A stretch of DNA of 64,000 nt from Tubulanus polymorphus (GCF_964204645.1 NC_134029.1:8768850-8832849); one strand, 5' to 3'; shown: positions 49,762 to 64,000, counted from the stretch's first letter. The notes: a model not told the origin generated them from the sequence alone. Numbers and translations: made by a program.

Positions 49762-51767
49762 GTATTGTGATGTGACCGTGTTACTGTATCTTTATTTTTT
49801 AGTAAAAGAGTGAACTTTTAGTGATAGTAATGAAAATAATGATAATAATAATTATTATTACTACAATCATCACATAAATGTAGCTCCTTGGTTACAGTGG
49901 TTGCCCGTACGTGGGACAATGTTTGTTGTAGTTACGTTGAATAAAGTTGGTCGTTTATCCTAATTCGCTCTCGAATCCCCGAGGAGAGCGTCACCATAAA
50001 TATACCCATTGTCAACGTGATCATCGTCATATCGTCGTCCCTATAAATTCTGATTATATTCAAGCCCCTGATAGGAATCTATTGATTGCAGCAATAACGC
50101 GTGTATCGCGCAATCGGAGTATTAACACGAGGACCCGGTAAGCGCATCCCCGTCATCGACGGCGTTCACCCCATTACGTCGTTATATAGAAAAAAAGATC
50201 TGCGCACAAGAGCAAGTTCGAGGTAACTGATGGCGGATTCGAAGTGGAAACCTAGATTGCTCAATAGTAGCGTTGGCGACAAACGCATTGCTTAAACCAT
50301 CGAACTATAAGCGAAAGGGAAGGCCAACTCCGACACGTCACTATACATTAAATGTATGAAATATTTTCGATTATATTAATCTCTGCGAGCATTGAACATA
50401 ACCGTTTTTCAAGATTTGGTATTAAGAATTAAACAAATCAATGAAAAACGTTAAATTAAGAATAGAAACCGGCAACCAGTCTACAACATATATTGTCTAT
50501 CGCCACGGGCGAGGGCGCTGAACAGAACGCAAGATTACTAGCGGTGCCTAGCGGATTTTTGAGGAGTCGGCCTTCCCTTTCGCTTATAGGTTTATGCTTA
50601 AACGCAACGCGGACGGTCAAATATTTTGGCCGAACATTCGTAAAAATATTGAGCCGGTTAAATTGTTCGTCTGTCAGCGCATTACGCATAAATTTTCTCT
50701 TCGATCGAACCAATTAGATAGTCTAAAATCGTTACCACCCGAACATTCTTATGACTGTGTTTGTGTTCTGCATTGGATACTCAAATTCACGGATGTCATG
50801 ACGTATCCTATAGGATAAATATTCCGTACACTTTGACGTGGGGAATAGATAATATATGTAGAAAACCCAATATACACACAATTTAAAAGATTAATTAAAA
50901 GCGGATTTTATTCATCAAAAATTAGAATCAAAATACAAGACATTTCGAACTCTCACAAGAGATCGTTGTCAGATGTCTTTGGTCAGGTGGGTTTAGTTTG
51001 AGAGATAACTTAAACATGAATTCCACCTATGGCTGCTCGGCCAGCATCTTATCTACACGAAGTGGCTTTCGCCCACAAAGTCAGCCTAACTTTCGAAATA
51101 ATCAAACCATTAGCGAAGAGGGGCATCCCAGTACAAGTTTACCAGTACGTCTGGACCGAATATCACAGGGAATCCCCACCATGTTTGGTACTCTAACTCA
51201 AGACAAGTATAATCCGGGGAATCTTGTATTTCATTATCAATATGTCCCTCCGGACCCACGGATTTCATACATTTTAAGAATTCTTCATCACCTTTCCTAT
51301 TTCTAGAACTATGGCAACTTTAACGGGGTTTAATTTTTCGGGTCCTGGCCTACTAACATAATTGTGGTGTCGTGCCATCACTATTGGACAGCGCAATTTT
51401 CAAATCATTTAGCCACGCCAGCGTTTTGTTCGAGTAAAATTGCGGGAAAGTAAAAGAAAAACAATTTGTAGGAAATATCCTGTATTTTTGTTCATCGATG
51501 CTCCGCCATATAGATTTGATTCATATTCACAAGTAGACTCATCTGAATTTCATGATAAAGTAACATATCCCGATGCCATGTGAGAAAGGCAGTTCGAAAG
51601 AAGTAAAGTCACGGACAGTAACGAAAAACCTAACCACCTCAAAACGCGCACAACACTGGAGTGGCGGTACACCCTGTTAGCTTAACCGTGGATAGTAGCT
51701 TATCCGTGGTTGTAAGCACTAACCACCACGATTTGGTGCGGTCTCACTAAATTTGAGCCTAACAATG

Positions 51768-51985
51768 GTAAGGCTAAAAAATTTGATACCTTGTTTCTCC
51801 TTTCTGCTGGAGCTTTTAAGTGGACCCGGACGGCCGCCTGTCTAACATGTACATTACTTCTTTAAGATCATTATCAAGCTAACCATAACGACAGCTATAG
51901 AAATGAACTCACTATAAATTCTATAACGATTTACAAAATGATCCGGCCGATTAGGAGAAATAAGTTACCATATTCTTTGCTTAAA
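51768..51985. mobile_element. TIR-bounded element (second copy about 53063-53276)
   Basis: aaggctaaaa..gataccttgtttctcc ... ggagaaa(c/t)aag(g/t)ta; shared core tgtacattactt...gctaaccataac. Confidence 0.55.
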
Positions 51986-54307
51986 ACTTACAGGATTTTC
52001 CTGTGGCAGTAAAAAAGAAAGCTGTTATGTAACATAATCCGCGGTATCTACTTTATATGGGCGATTTCTTTAAGGTTATCATAGTTTACACGTATTAATT
52101 AATTCTGACTCACTGCAGATAAATAAATAACTAATCAGCCTCACGTCCGTTGTCACCAGTTGATCCTGTCTACAGATTAGACACACCCATATACGAAAAT
52201 ATGATCAAAACAAGCTCAACGTGCGTCGTTATAGGTGTCACACCCGTGGCATGTAGAATTACCGGCCGTTTACTTAGTAGAAAAAATAATGTCTTCTAAG
52301 CAAGGAAGTGTCTGTCTATCCTTGCCGGAAATAGATTAAGTCTGTTTCATCGTTCGCAAAAGTAGAAACAAATTTCTTAATGCGGGATGGATGCCACAAG
52401 CTCATTCGATATCGATATCGTATTTAGACTATGTTATTCATTGACGCAAGACGATGTTGGGAATTATATAAAATTTGCTGAAGGCCAACAGGTCGCTGAT
52501 ATCATCCGACGATCGGCTTTATTAGAATACAATTTACCGCGGCATTCGTCGTGATATCTTCAATTATGTCATATATACGTGGTGTGAATGATACGCTTAC
52601 CTAATTGGGTATGGACGGTGTGAAATATTGGTGGATCTAGGCATCAGAAAGAGGCATTCAACGTGGGCTTGAAAAACCTTGTCTGTCATCCGGGTGCGCA
52701 GGTTTGCCGCGCAAAAACTTGCCGCACCAGTCCGATGGCCAGTTTTATGATCGCTGAGACAAATTTCACGGAAAGACTATAAATGGATGAATATGGCAGG
52801 GTCCCGCACCGAGGCGAGACTCGATGTCATCAGGTTCGAGAGGATGTCATTCAGTAGAGGATACATTTACGCGAGACGACTTGTCGCCGGTGCAAACACC
52901 GTAAATCTGTAAATGATGAATCTGTCACTCAGTCTGACGCCGGTTTGGAAAATATGGTAGATAACCGAGTTTCTTGGTTGAAAGTGCGTCAATGGATTCT
53001 TCGAAATTGTTTAATTTCTTTATCGCTTCACATTAGAAAAAAGGAGCCCCAAAATCTTCGAATAAGGATAACAAATTGATACCTTGTTCCTCGTTTCTAC
53101 TGAGCCTAAAAATGCCTAACCTTTACATCTGAAAAAATCTAACCTGTACATTACTTTCTGAATCATGGTCAGGCTAACCATAACATACCCGGCAGCCAAA
53201 GAACTGATTAGAAATTTCATTGCAGTTTACAAAAGTGCTCTAGCGACCAGGAGAAACAAGGTATCGTTTTAGCCAAATACCTTGAATGTCTATAGCGCTC
53301 GGCGGGTTGAGAAATCTAGAAATATTAATATTGTGTATAAAGATAACTTCATTGGTGATATACGGGTACAGTTCAGTTCAATAAAACCACGATTTCAGAA
53401 TTTTACTCTGTAATAAGCGAACAAATCTAAATAGGCTTAAAGAAGATCCGTGCCAGTTTTCGGACTGAAATCATTATCATCGAACCCCGGACACTTCAAG
53501 CCGCCGTTAATCACACTGTACCACTATTCATACGTTCATTATACGTATTGCGGTGAACACGACAATATTTCAAGGAGATGCTTTCAATTGAGTTTTAGTT
53601 GAAGCGGTGAGAAGTGATAATCTGGATAACTAGCGGCATTCGTTGTTACTGGTCCACGTCCAATAGCGCATCGAATATGCCGCAGATCAATATAATTCAA
53701 TAACGTTGCGAATCCGCATTCCAATCAGAACTTCGTTGAACATGTTAGAATTATTCAAATATGGATTTAATTTAGCCCGATGACAATATTCAACGGACCT
53801 GTTTCGTAATATGCTAATGCTCTGAATACCTTAAACTTTGAAATCGATATCAGCTTATAATGATATAACGATACGGACACAGCTCCACGGTTTTCTGGGT
53901 AAATTTGACTCTAAAACATCGATTTCAATTCAGGAGTTAACTCTATCTCAAAACCGTGGAACTGGGTGTATGCTAACTATTCACCCAGTCCTGGAAGTGG
54001 TTGTCTCCACATTGACCTCCAACACGATTATGCGTGTAACTGTAGTACATCAGACAGTGAAGTTCTTGGTGAAGTTAACTAATGACGAATATGAGTTTAA
54101 CTGTTACACGAAAGTTGACCCTTTATGTTACATTCTAGAATTTATTTCTTGATTCAGCAATGATTTACATGTCGAAATTAACAAAAGTGATGGATGATGT
54201 GGATTTTCGATCTATTCCCTTCCTAATACTTAATCATTAGTAGTATTCGCTATGACTTCACTACGTAATACGTGGTGGTGATAATTGTTTTAGATGCGTA
54301 CTGTTAA

Positions 54308-55804
54308 TTAGTATTCCCACAGAGTGCTTTTGTCGACTTTATCCGCGCAAGCGCTGAACAATCCATTCTGTTCGCCTTTGATGTATTTTTCATTTCCTGC
54401 TTTGATGGCGAATCTCGCTTGCTCGTGGAACTCCAAACTGAACGGAACCGCGGTCGGACTGTTTGCCAATATCGCTCCGTCATCGGATGCCGCTAAATAT
54501 TTCCCGTTCGATGCTCGTATCGCGTACTTTCCTCCTTCCACATGCTCCAAATGGAAAACGTCAAAGTCGCCTCGGTTGCATTCGATCTTGTCGCTATCCG
54601 AACTTTTGAAACCCACGAAGCCGAATTCACTTTTCAACACTAGAATCGGTCGATTCAACAGTACGACGACGAAACGTTCCTTTTCGGTCGGATCGGTTAC
54701 GTTAGCTGTAAGATGTCCGGTCATTTTAGCCGTTACGAACTTTCCATTGGACCCCTTCAAACCAACCGTACTGGATGAATCGTTGTTCCAAACGAATTCG
54801 AACAGCGTCTCTGGACTTTCGCTCGAACCAGCGGCTTGGACTCCACCGCCTTCGGAGACAATCCAGAATTTGTCATCGCACGTACGCACTCTCCATTTCT
54901 TCTCGGTTTTGACATACTCTAGCTGAAATATTTCCTTTTCGCTTATATCATCCTGATTAGCGCTTATGTCAATGCCTTGCTTTACAGATGCTCGGCGTCC
55001 GTTATGCGCAATCAACGTGATTTGTGGGCGACTTTTTTCGATTGTGAATAATTCATCTTTGCCGATTGTCTTCGCTTTGCCGCTCAGCGTTCCAGTACTG
55101 CCGCTTGCACCGGATAGATATGTGCCGTTGACGTCTTTCAACGCGAAACTTCCATAAACTTGCGCGGACGGATTCAGTTCCATCGTGAAAAAAACCTTAT
55201 CGTCAAGTTTGTCGACTAATTTACCGGAGCAATCGAGGTATCTGTCATCGGCTACGCGTAATGCGTATTTGCCGTCTTTGAATTCAAGAGTTACTAATGT
55301 ATCGTCACCCCATGGCGTCACTTTGGTGCAGTGGATTTCCCCGACATTTTGCACAAGGTGTGCGTACCTTTTACGGTTTACATTACGGAGGTTGATTTGA
55401 GGATGTACGGCTAACTTTGGCATCCAATATTCGGGTGTTTTACTTTTACAATTCAATGCATCGCCTGTTCCAACAAAATAGTCGTTGTACTTAACACTTT
55501 TCAACGCCCATCCGGGTCCATTTGCATCGTATTCTATGTGGAACTTAGCCTCTTCTTCCATTTCTTCGGCATCGCCGCGTATAGCACCGCATTTGTCAGC
55601 GGCAACGTAACGGCCAATGTGACTTTTCAAATACACTACTCCATCTGATCCTTCGCCGTAAACCAAAGTCCAAACCTGTTTCTTGCGGAGCGATGTTGCC
55701 GAGGCATTTATCTGATATCCAAAGGTTTCGGCGGTCAGAAACTTTTTGTCTGAATTCATAAAACCCAACTGCCATTGAGTAAACCCCCCTTTCCCCTGGG
55801 CCAT
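54308..55804 (-). CDS. FSCN: Fascin (actin-bundling protein, singed homolog), 498 aa, single coding exon
   Basis: GFMNSDKKFLTAETFGYQINASATSLRKKQVWTL (region of the conserved PKC-site Ser), HPQINLRNVNRKRYAHL, PWGDDTLVTLEFKDGKY, LLNRPILVLKSEFGFVG, C-terminal LWEY. ATG at 55804 has context AGCAACATGG; the ORF-track start at 55858 is probably intronic. Confidence 0.95.
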   Translation of the reverse strand: MAQGKGGFTQWQLGFMNSDKKFLTAETFGYQINASATSLRKKQVWTLVYGEGSDGVVYLKSHIGRYVAADKCGAIRGDAEEMEEEAKFHIEYDANGPGWALKSVKYNDYFVGTGDALNCKSKTPEYWMPKLAVHPQINLRNVNRKRYAHLVQNVGEIHCTKVTPWGDDTLVTLEFKDGKYALRVADDRYLDCSGKLVDKLDDKVFFTMELNPSAQVYGSFALKDVNGTYLSGASGSTGTLSGKAKTIGKDELFTIEKSRPQITLIAHNGRRASVKQGIDISANQDDISEKEIFQLEYVKTEKKWRVRTCDDKFWIVSEGGGVQAAGSSESPETLFEFVWNNDSSSTVGLKGSNGKFVTAKMTGHLTANVTDPTEKERFVVVLLNRPILVLKSEFGFVGFKSSDSDKIECNRGDFDVFHLEHVEGGKYAIRASNGKYLAASDDGAILANSPTAVPFSLEFHEQARFAIKAGNEKYIKGEQNGLFSACADKVDKSTLWEY

Positions 55805-56254
55805 GTTGCTGTTTCTTTCAGCAGCTGTGTATCTACCAACAATCAGTGTCGCTGTCATTGGTTGTTAAGGACAGGTGAACATCAACATAGACCCATCCAT
55901 TATTAGTTGATAAAACTGAAGAAGATACGTTTCGACTCTACGAGCCATTTCCAACTTTCTCAGTTTTTGAAAATGGCTCACAGAATTGAGTCAAAACGTC
56001 AGACTATACTTCAGTTTTTTTTTTCTTACAGTGGGTTTTATCAAAAAATTGACATTAATAGACAGTCACCTGCCTATGGACACCAAGATAGACCCATGAC
56101 CCCTACATGCGGATTCTCAATAACCCCTGTCAACATCAGCATTTGCTTTTTTGTGAGCATTGGTCTGATAAGAAATTAAACAATACAATAAAAACCAAAG
56201 TTAAACTCATGAAGAAATTGAAATCAATTGTTGTGAAAGATGAAAAATGATTAC

Positions 56255-56359
56255 CTGCTGAGAGTCCCCCATTATGTCTATATCCTTGGTTAACACCAGA
56301 ATGAATGAATACGCATCGCGCGTGTAATAACGAAAACGTTGAACAGCCACGCAAACTGA
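56255..56359 (-). promoter_or_regulatory. Candidate non-coding 5' exon and initiator of fascin
   Basis: Donor CAG|GTAATC at 56254 and an Inr-like TCAGTT at 56359-56354; acceptor AGs lie just upstream of the ATG. Inference only. Confidence 0.35.
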
Positions 56360-59300
56360 TGGCGAGGGAGTTGAGTTGCTCACTGGCTCATCAGATAGAA
56401 ACGGCTACAAATCAACCTCTCAGAATATGATGCGCGAATAACAAATCGTAGTGCCGTCCACATAGTTTCCGCAGTAGCGTCGACGTCTGTTTACTGTGAC
56501 ATTCGCGTCCGTTTGCGCCACCATGTCAAGCGACGATATACCAACAGTCCGATATCAAACTATCAGTAATAACCCAAGCAGTATGCATCTAACCCACGCA
56601 GTACGCAGTAACTATCTCAGACGGCGGTGTGAAACCAGGGCTTAATTCCAAAGATTTAATAGCTCTCGTATCATTCGACTGATTACTATTTAATTCCTCA
56701 CTCAAGCGGCTGACGCAGTACTGGCTAATCGGTAAGCCGTTTAATTCGCTGCCATTAAAGCCGGTAGTTTATGCTAATTCGTTCTACTTCAAAGACAAAT
56801 TGAACGTAACACGATTATCATAGGCTTCGTACAAATAGTTTCTTCGTCCAATCTTAGCACATATCGCTATTTCAAAACTAATTTCACAGCTGACGATTAA
56901 AAAAGCTCAGACAGAAAGAACGGGTCTATCGATACACAGTGGTGGATTCAGGGGGTCCGTGGGGGTCTGGACACCCCCTAGAACGTTGAAATCTTAAATT
57001 CCCATCTTAAAATATGGACTGAACATTTTCTGAAGAAATGTCACAAAATTGATATTGAACAACTGGAAAAAAGTACCCACATTTTGTTTGGTGTGGCAAA
57101 TAGCTTTTTTACCATGAAATAAGAAGATCTATAAAACCTGTGTTTATGAACAACGAAATTGCTGCGAGGTTTAGAAACAGTCCCGTTGGAGTGGACAGAC
57201 ACCCCTTCCTTTGACGCCGGGATCTGTCCCGGCTACATGTATGAGTTAAATGGAACTCTACCCGTTAATATTGAACTTGGAAAATACCGAAACATGTAAG
57301 GATATACACTGCAAATCTAGAAACAAATGAATTTATTTTGATGCAGATTCCTATGAGTCCAGGTAACTGCAATTTGAAATACAATTTCATCCTATGATTA
57401 TGACTGTCATATTGGGATTCCCGCTTACGTACTAATTTCAATCAACCACATCCAATCGCATACAAATTATGGAGAACGAATTACGCTGAATGAACTTATT
57501 TCGCGGTAATAAAAGAGGACTCAGTACTACCGAGAGTTCAGGGTGGGAATAGACGCGCGGAGCGAGCTCACGCCCATATTATGGAATGACTCTGTACATG
57601 TGAGATAAGAGAAAAATCGTGTTGCAAGATGAATGATTATGGAGTCATTAGCATTGTCAGTTATCTATCCATCGAAGCGGGCAATGTGACTATTGTCCAA
57701 GGAAATTAGGCGCTTTGCGTTTAGAGATGGAGCTGAATAGCTTCTCCGCTGGCATATTTTCGTGCAAATGTTGATATGTGTGATGCAAAAGATGGCGATT
57801 GCAATATTTTCGCACCCCGCATAACGAGGATAACTTAACCTATTAATCATCGAGCCGTTCAAATCCGCCCTTACTTTTTTCGTCTACTATACGCAAAAAT
57901 GCTTACAGTGGGATTCAAACCCAATAGCGATGGATAAACTAGACACCTAAAACTCCATATAGAATTTCACGTCTTTCTATTTGAGATTCTCGAGTATTTG
58001 GAGTATGAACATGACTGATCCGAGCACTCTCTTATATCCAAGTCTGGATGAACCTCGGGGGCAACAGGACACGGTTTTTGTGGCCGACCTGATCAAATCT
58101 TATATCATATGAAATACGAAAGCCTTGACTATTTACTACAAAATAACGCGCACTTGTAGTACATGAGAATCAACTGAAAATGAGCTGTTCGTATATCGTT
58201 ATATAAATGCGAATTTTCCCTGAAATTATCCGAGGATTAATAGACACAAAATCCATTAAAGCTAATGGGTTAAAAACATGGTAACACGCGAGTTGTTATG
58301 ATGGATTAAGTATGACATACGAGTATATGAAAGGTTCCCAGAAACCGATGACTTGAGCTAGCCATGATGATCAGGTACTAATGCCGATACACAACTGTTT
58401 TCAAATTGCTTATTCAAAGCATCTATACAGTACTGTCGTTTTAATAAATTGCTTGAAATGGCAATGATGTTTGCAGAAGGTGTGCCGGAAATTAGCCTAA
58501 AGACTCAGTTGAGCCAATAACGTAGATTTTTTAGGTAATGCGTGTACTGTAGCACACACTAGATGACTGTGAGCTTGTGCGCGCGCAACAGACAAGTAGA
58601 TCGGATTACGTTACGAGGAGGGAGTTTGTCAAGAAAGCAAAGCCTGATAGTAAAATCATTAAGGTGCAACCCACGGAAGATACGACAGCACATTCAATTC
58701 TACGAAATTTCGTTATCATGTCTTATAACGGACGTGATCTTTATCCTTCACTGGCGCGATTACTTTTAAGAGCGATATCTATTTTTTGAGTGTGGGAGAA
58801 CGATATCCAAATAAACAAGTGAAGGATTTGTGTCCTCTCTTCATTCTGATCGCAATCAGTTCAAGTGCGATCTGACCCTGTCGAATGTCATCAAAAGAGA
58901 GTTTGCGAGTGGTTTACCAACCTTAAGCTGCATATCCATCACCCTGGTATACTGGTTCTCGCAGCCTCCGCTATACGGATAAGCCGATATAGAATATGCG
59001 CGGAGAGACGGATGTGACATTTTGTTATGACATTATCGAAATTGTTGCCAAATGTAATTTCTTTTCCTTCCTATCGAAAAGTAACCCGAGTATTTCTCGC
59101 TGAAACCGAATCGAACCTCATAAACAGGCAATACGCCAGTTTATCGGCGATGAAGGCGTCGATTAAATCGTGTTTGACGAACGCGCGTCACTTCCGTTCG
59201 GGTGTTCGTAAAACTCGAGAGCGCACATCATAAATTCAACGGCTACTGTGGCAATCGAGGATTCGCGAAGTGAACTAACAGGGTTCACTGTGTGATAGCA

Positions 59301-60315
59301 TGATCTAGGAAAATAGGAAGGCCGCGCGGGGTCCAGAAGAAAATAAGGCATATCTCGGAAAAAGCAGCCATGTCAAAGCCCACTAGCCCGGGTCTAAAAC
59401 TCTCGGTGTTAAGATACTTTAGAAGAAATTCACTTTAAAAAAATGGAAATCGCGAGGTTTGCAGATTTTAACTAACTCTGTCCTGATGAAAAGGACAACC
59501 CCAATAGGAAGGCAGGGGTCAGTACCCCCGAGACCATCACCCACTAAATCTGCCCGTGGATAAATGCCTTCTTAATCCAACATCCCCTTGGTTCAAAAAA
59601 CCACTCTTGCAGCAGACACTTATGTGCTGAAGTCTTGTATAGAGGTCGACAAAAAGATTTCAAAACTTTGGAAAATTGAGGGCCCAAACTGCCCACTATA
59701 CTGTCGTAATTAATTCGCTAAAAGGTGAAGTAAAAAAGCAGATAAATCATTTTGAAAAATTACTTTGGAAAAAAGTTCAGTCGCCGATGAATTTGTCCCC
59801 GTCTTTTTTAAATCATCACTATTGACGTCATGTTGCAAGTGATGTCAGCTGAGTTGAAGCCTGATTAATCTTGATGAATTGATTAAATGCATCGGCCGAA
59901 ACTTGCTTTTTGTGAATTCGGTTGACGCTTAAGCCTTGTGTAGGGTAGAAAAAATGATTTCAAAACTCTGGAGACAGGATGTCCCAGTGTTATTTTCGGA
60001 TCATCGCAAAATAGTAACGGGTGAATTCATTCCTAGACTTTTAATCTAATTTCTGTCGGACAATGCTTATTTGTTATTTTACGTAAATTACTTCTCATCG
60101 ATTTCTTTCAAAAGATTATTTAACTTAAATTTCTTGAAACGATAGATCTGCGACTTGATTAATTCTTGATTCATCCGCTCGATTCATCCGGAATGCATGC
60201 ATACTACGTATGGATTGTTTACACATCAGGGGCCGACATTCACATACACATTCACGAAGCACCCGTAGGCCTACGTGTCGCATAAGTCTGCCCGTAAGTT
60301 CACACGCAGAGAAAA

Positions 60316-60482
60316 GTCCGTCTTCACGAAGCACCCGTAACTTACGTGTCAGGTAAGTCTGCCCGTAGATCTAGCAAGAATTTACGGTCATACTCGCCTA
60401 CCTGTACCCGTAAGTTCCCTCGTACGTTCACCCGTAAATCTTACGTGACACGTAACTTACGGGTGCTTCGTGAATACGGTCC
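60316..60482. mobile_element. MITE with about 35-bp TIRs, preceded by a partial copy at about 60228-60300
   Basis: gtccgtcttcacgaagcacccgtaacttacgtgtc ... gacacgtaacttacgggtgcttcgtgaatacggtcc. Confidence 0.7.
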
Positions 60483-63400
60483 TAGCGCGTGGTAAAATAC
60501 GGGGCTCGGTCTCGGGTATTTCTATGGGTCATGGGTATTTCTAACCCATGCGCAAGGGCTGCATTCTTTAGAGGGGATCAGAATTAATACAGGCGTTTTC
60601 TGTTAACTTAAAGGCATGTTTATGAAATTTCCGGAATATGAAATTTTGGAACTTAAAAAGTGCAGAACTTAAGTTTTAAAATGGGGGTCGTCCACACACT
60701 CCGAGCTCCTCGGGTGGTGCTCATGACCAGGGCCAGTTAATCAAACCGTTTTTGACTCAATTAGTTGACGCCATCAACCGAACGAGTCAAAGTTAAAATT
60801 AGACTATAAAACTGGCCCAAACAGTTTCAACACTTGGTATCTATATGAATTTACCCTCAACAACCCGAGAAAAACTACAAAAAAATGTTTGAATGGACAA
60901 AATAATCTTCAATCTAGTAGTATAGTTATTTCCAAAATCTCGATGCACAGAATTAGGAAGCCAATCACTTCGATTTAATAAAAAAATTCTGTAATTTCGA
61001 CCGCCGATCACTATATCTGTACTTTGATTTTTGATTTCAAATCAAACCCCCTGTTTCACTCCCGGCAGATGTGACTGGTTTGTAAGGGATACCAAATCAA
61101 ACGAAAAAAAAATCAAACGAAATCTACCAATAAAATAAACAATAGGGTCAACCCCTTTTTCAAGATCAAAAGGATGAATTAACCATATATTTATTACTGA
61201 CACCACAGTATTACTGCGCACGACATTTCCAAAAACATTGTCGAATTAAAACGATCTTTTCTAGCACATCATGATCAAACATTCGCTCGAGACGAAGATA
61301 GGGGGACAATAAAAGGCAATATATGATATTTTGGGGGGATACAGGAGGCTCTCCGAAACCGTGCATCGATACTAGACAATTCAACACATTGTCTATCCTC
61401 GGAGTAACTACTCCATGGACTATCGCGCCTTAACTGCCTCATTTACTATCGTAATTCATTCGCTAAAATAGCGAAGTCGCATAAAATCATTTTGGAAAAA
61501 CTTCGGTTGACGATGAATTGGTCCCTGTTTTTATATTATCACTATTGACTTCATGTTCCAAGTGATGTCAGCCGAGTTCAAGCTTGATTAATCTTGATGA
61601 ATTGATTAAACACATCCCTCAGCCGAAACGTGTTTTTGGAATTTGGTTGACGCTTAATCGATTAAAAAAGTACGAAGCTCGCCTTCCCGAGAACCAATGG
61701 AATATTGTCGATCTGTTGAGGATATTGCGAAGATCTAGTAGCCACATCATCGAACAGCACAGATACCCCAGCTCATATTGTTCCCTTATAGGTGGACTCT
61801 CTAACATAACCGTTTTATGGAAGGCTTTTACTGTATATGACGAGAAGTTACGTTGAGAAACATCTGTTCATTGACCCGGTTCGGCAGTTTCAATTTGCGA
61901 TACGCGACGCGTCGAGATGCATATACTCTGCTCGTACGTACAATTCCTGCTGGAATCTGTAACAGGAAACTGATCACTTGCTGCGACGATGTAACTTCCG
62001 CGACTTGATCGATCGAGCGATCTATACGTCGATAAATCGATTCAGTTTTAAGAGTCGGCTATTAATTCGCTTGGACTCTCGAGATAACGGCATAAAGCGG
62101 CCAATCCAATTAAACGCATCGGGAAACGATATCAAACGCTCCCGGACTCAAAGCATTAACATACATACACATGAACATGCAATAATTGATAGAAAATATG
62201 CGCAAGTATTCGGGAATTTGAAGAGCACGCCGCAACAAGGAATCGTTAGTTCATACGAGTCCGCTAAAACCACCAAATCGGTTCAGGCTGTTTGGACGGT
62301 TGTTCGCACCGGAACCGATATTTCCAATTATGTAGCCTACTTCGATTTAAACAAAAATGTCTGTAAATTCGACCGCCGATCACACAACTATATTTGTACT
62401 TCGAACCCCCTGTTTCGCTCCCGGCAGGTGTGGTGGACTTGAAAGGGACACCAAATCAAGCCAAACCATACAAAATCTACCGATCAAATAGGTAACAGCG
62501 TCAATCCTTATTCAAAGATCGAAAATCATCTAATGTTGGTTTCCTATTGACAAACTCCGTCCGTTGGTGATTTATTCTAGACTATTGACATTCGCCTCTC
62601 GTTCTTGTGAAATATCAGCCAAAATGAATTATTCTTATCTCGATGTGTTGTTTCTTTTTCCCAAAATGAGAAGGAGGAGTGCCCCTTATAAACACGTGGC
62701 TCACATGGTCTAAAACATTTCTTCAACCATTCGTCAACAACACTAGGGGAATGTATCGACCACGGTAGGAAAATCGGCCATCAGAAAAACTGTATCTATT
62801 GGCAACTGCGCAAATTCTAAAACCACCTAGGGAAATTTCGCAACATTTTTTTCATATCCTGTATAATTTCAAGAATATAAATGAAAATGGGAATACGCAA
62901 AAGAATTTTATCGATTTGTGCATCTTCACGGTACAAACATAATAATTTAAAATTGAAAATGACTAATATTTCGTCGACATAAGTGGTAAAATTACACTAA
63001 TTCAAAAGGCACCGATATCGATTGAGATAATTACTAACGCTAATGATTGCCAATGTCCCCAGTTACTCGAACGAATTCTTCGTCTTCCATAGCAAATTAT
63101 AGTACCAGCTCCTTCGAGTTGAGCTGGGATCGCAACACTGCAGGATCCGGTTCCACAGTTGCGAGTTGGAATAAACTCTGACTTAAGATTAGTTCATTTT
63201 CAATGAGTTTGACACCGAGTAAAATCTTAACTCTGTGGAACTGGGTCTAGATTATATCCTACCCATAACCGTAACTTCTGCTAGGGACTGCTCAAACATT
63301 GAAAACCGTATTTCAATTTCAAAATCTTCTCAGCGGATCGAGGAAAATTGAAGGCCGGGGCCCAGAAGAAAACAAAAGGCATTCATCGACTGCTCTAATC

Positions 63401-64000
63401 GAGCATGTCAATATAGTCACCAGTTAGGTGCCTTCCTCGATTTTAGATGTTATTAAGAAATGTAGCCAAAAAGATGCAATTTCGTATAGGATGAGCGACA
63501 AATATGCAGGTTTATATTCTCAGTCTTGATGAAAAAGGTAACATTGGAGAGGCACGGCCCACAGACCACCCTAAACCACCCCCGCAATGTTCAACGAAAT
63601 TCTGCAGCCACCATGTGTTGACCTTATGAACCCTGATGTCGATAAGACGCGCGTTCTAGTGTAAAAAATGTCGCTGCTGCATTTTGATGCCACACGCCAT
63701 CCGCCATGATTTATAACATCATTATCAGTGACATTGGTACATGATCAAAAACCCATAAAACAACCTGTGCAAGCAATCAGCGGGCACCGGTGGTGAAAGC
63801 CTACACGAAATCTGTACGGTTTTTTTCTGTTATCTCTCGAACAACGGATAGAATAAATGATACCACTGTCCGCATAAAAATCTACATCTCTCAACATAGT
63901 CTATTCGAAGTATTCCAAGTCGTGAAATCATCTACGATATCTAAAGCTTGATAGGATAATCATCGTGATTCGAGTATACGTTTTAAATCCAAATAACGTA

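Noticed and set aside
54324-55400. Plus-strand ORFs of 200, 63 and 71 aa
   Set aside because: Antisense shadows of the fascin CDS.
55805-55858. Upstream ATG extending fascin to 516 aa
   Set aside because: The extension has no fascin similarity, lies upstream of candidate acceptor AGs, and the ATG at 55804 has better context.

Overview
AT-rich eukaryotic genomic DNA with GT-AG spliceosomal introns, from an invertebrate animal (probably a spiralian; inference from gene content). Five protein-coding genes, all on the minus strand, were assembled by hand from splice sites: (1) the first coding exon of an SLC22 organic cation transporter running off the left edge; (2) a 27-exon secreted protein of about 1325 aa with four divergent vWA domains, Pro/Ser/Lys linkers and Gly-Cys motifs at both termini; (3) an angiopoietin-like fibrinogen-domain protein of 548 aa; (4) a TRPC channel of about 940 aa; (5) a fascin with an intronless CDS. 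The main discovery is in the TRPC gene: three intact, divergent tandem copies of the exon encoding pore helix, selectivity filter and S6 gate (217, 220 and 193 nt). Only inclusion of exactly one keeps the frame, which points to mutually exclusive splicing that swaps the whole pore. Two palindromic Penelope-like insertions with degenerate minimal hammerhead motifs lie in TRPC introns, one with a 13-bp target-site duplication and an empty-site paralog in the window. Non-coding DNA is dense with MITE-like elements, including an IS3EU-like family. All exon models are sequence-based predictions without transcript support.
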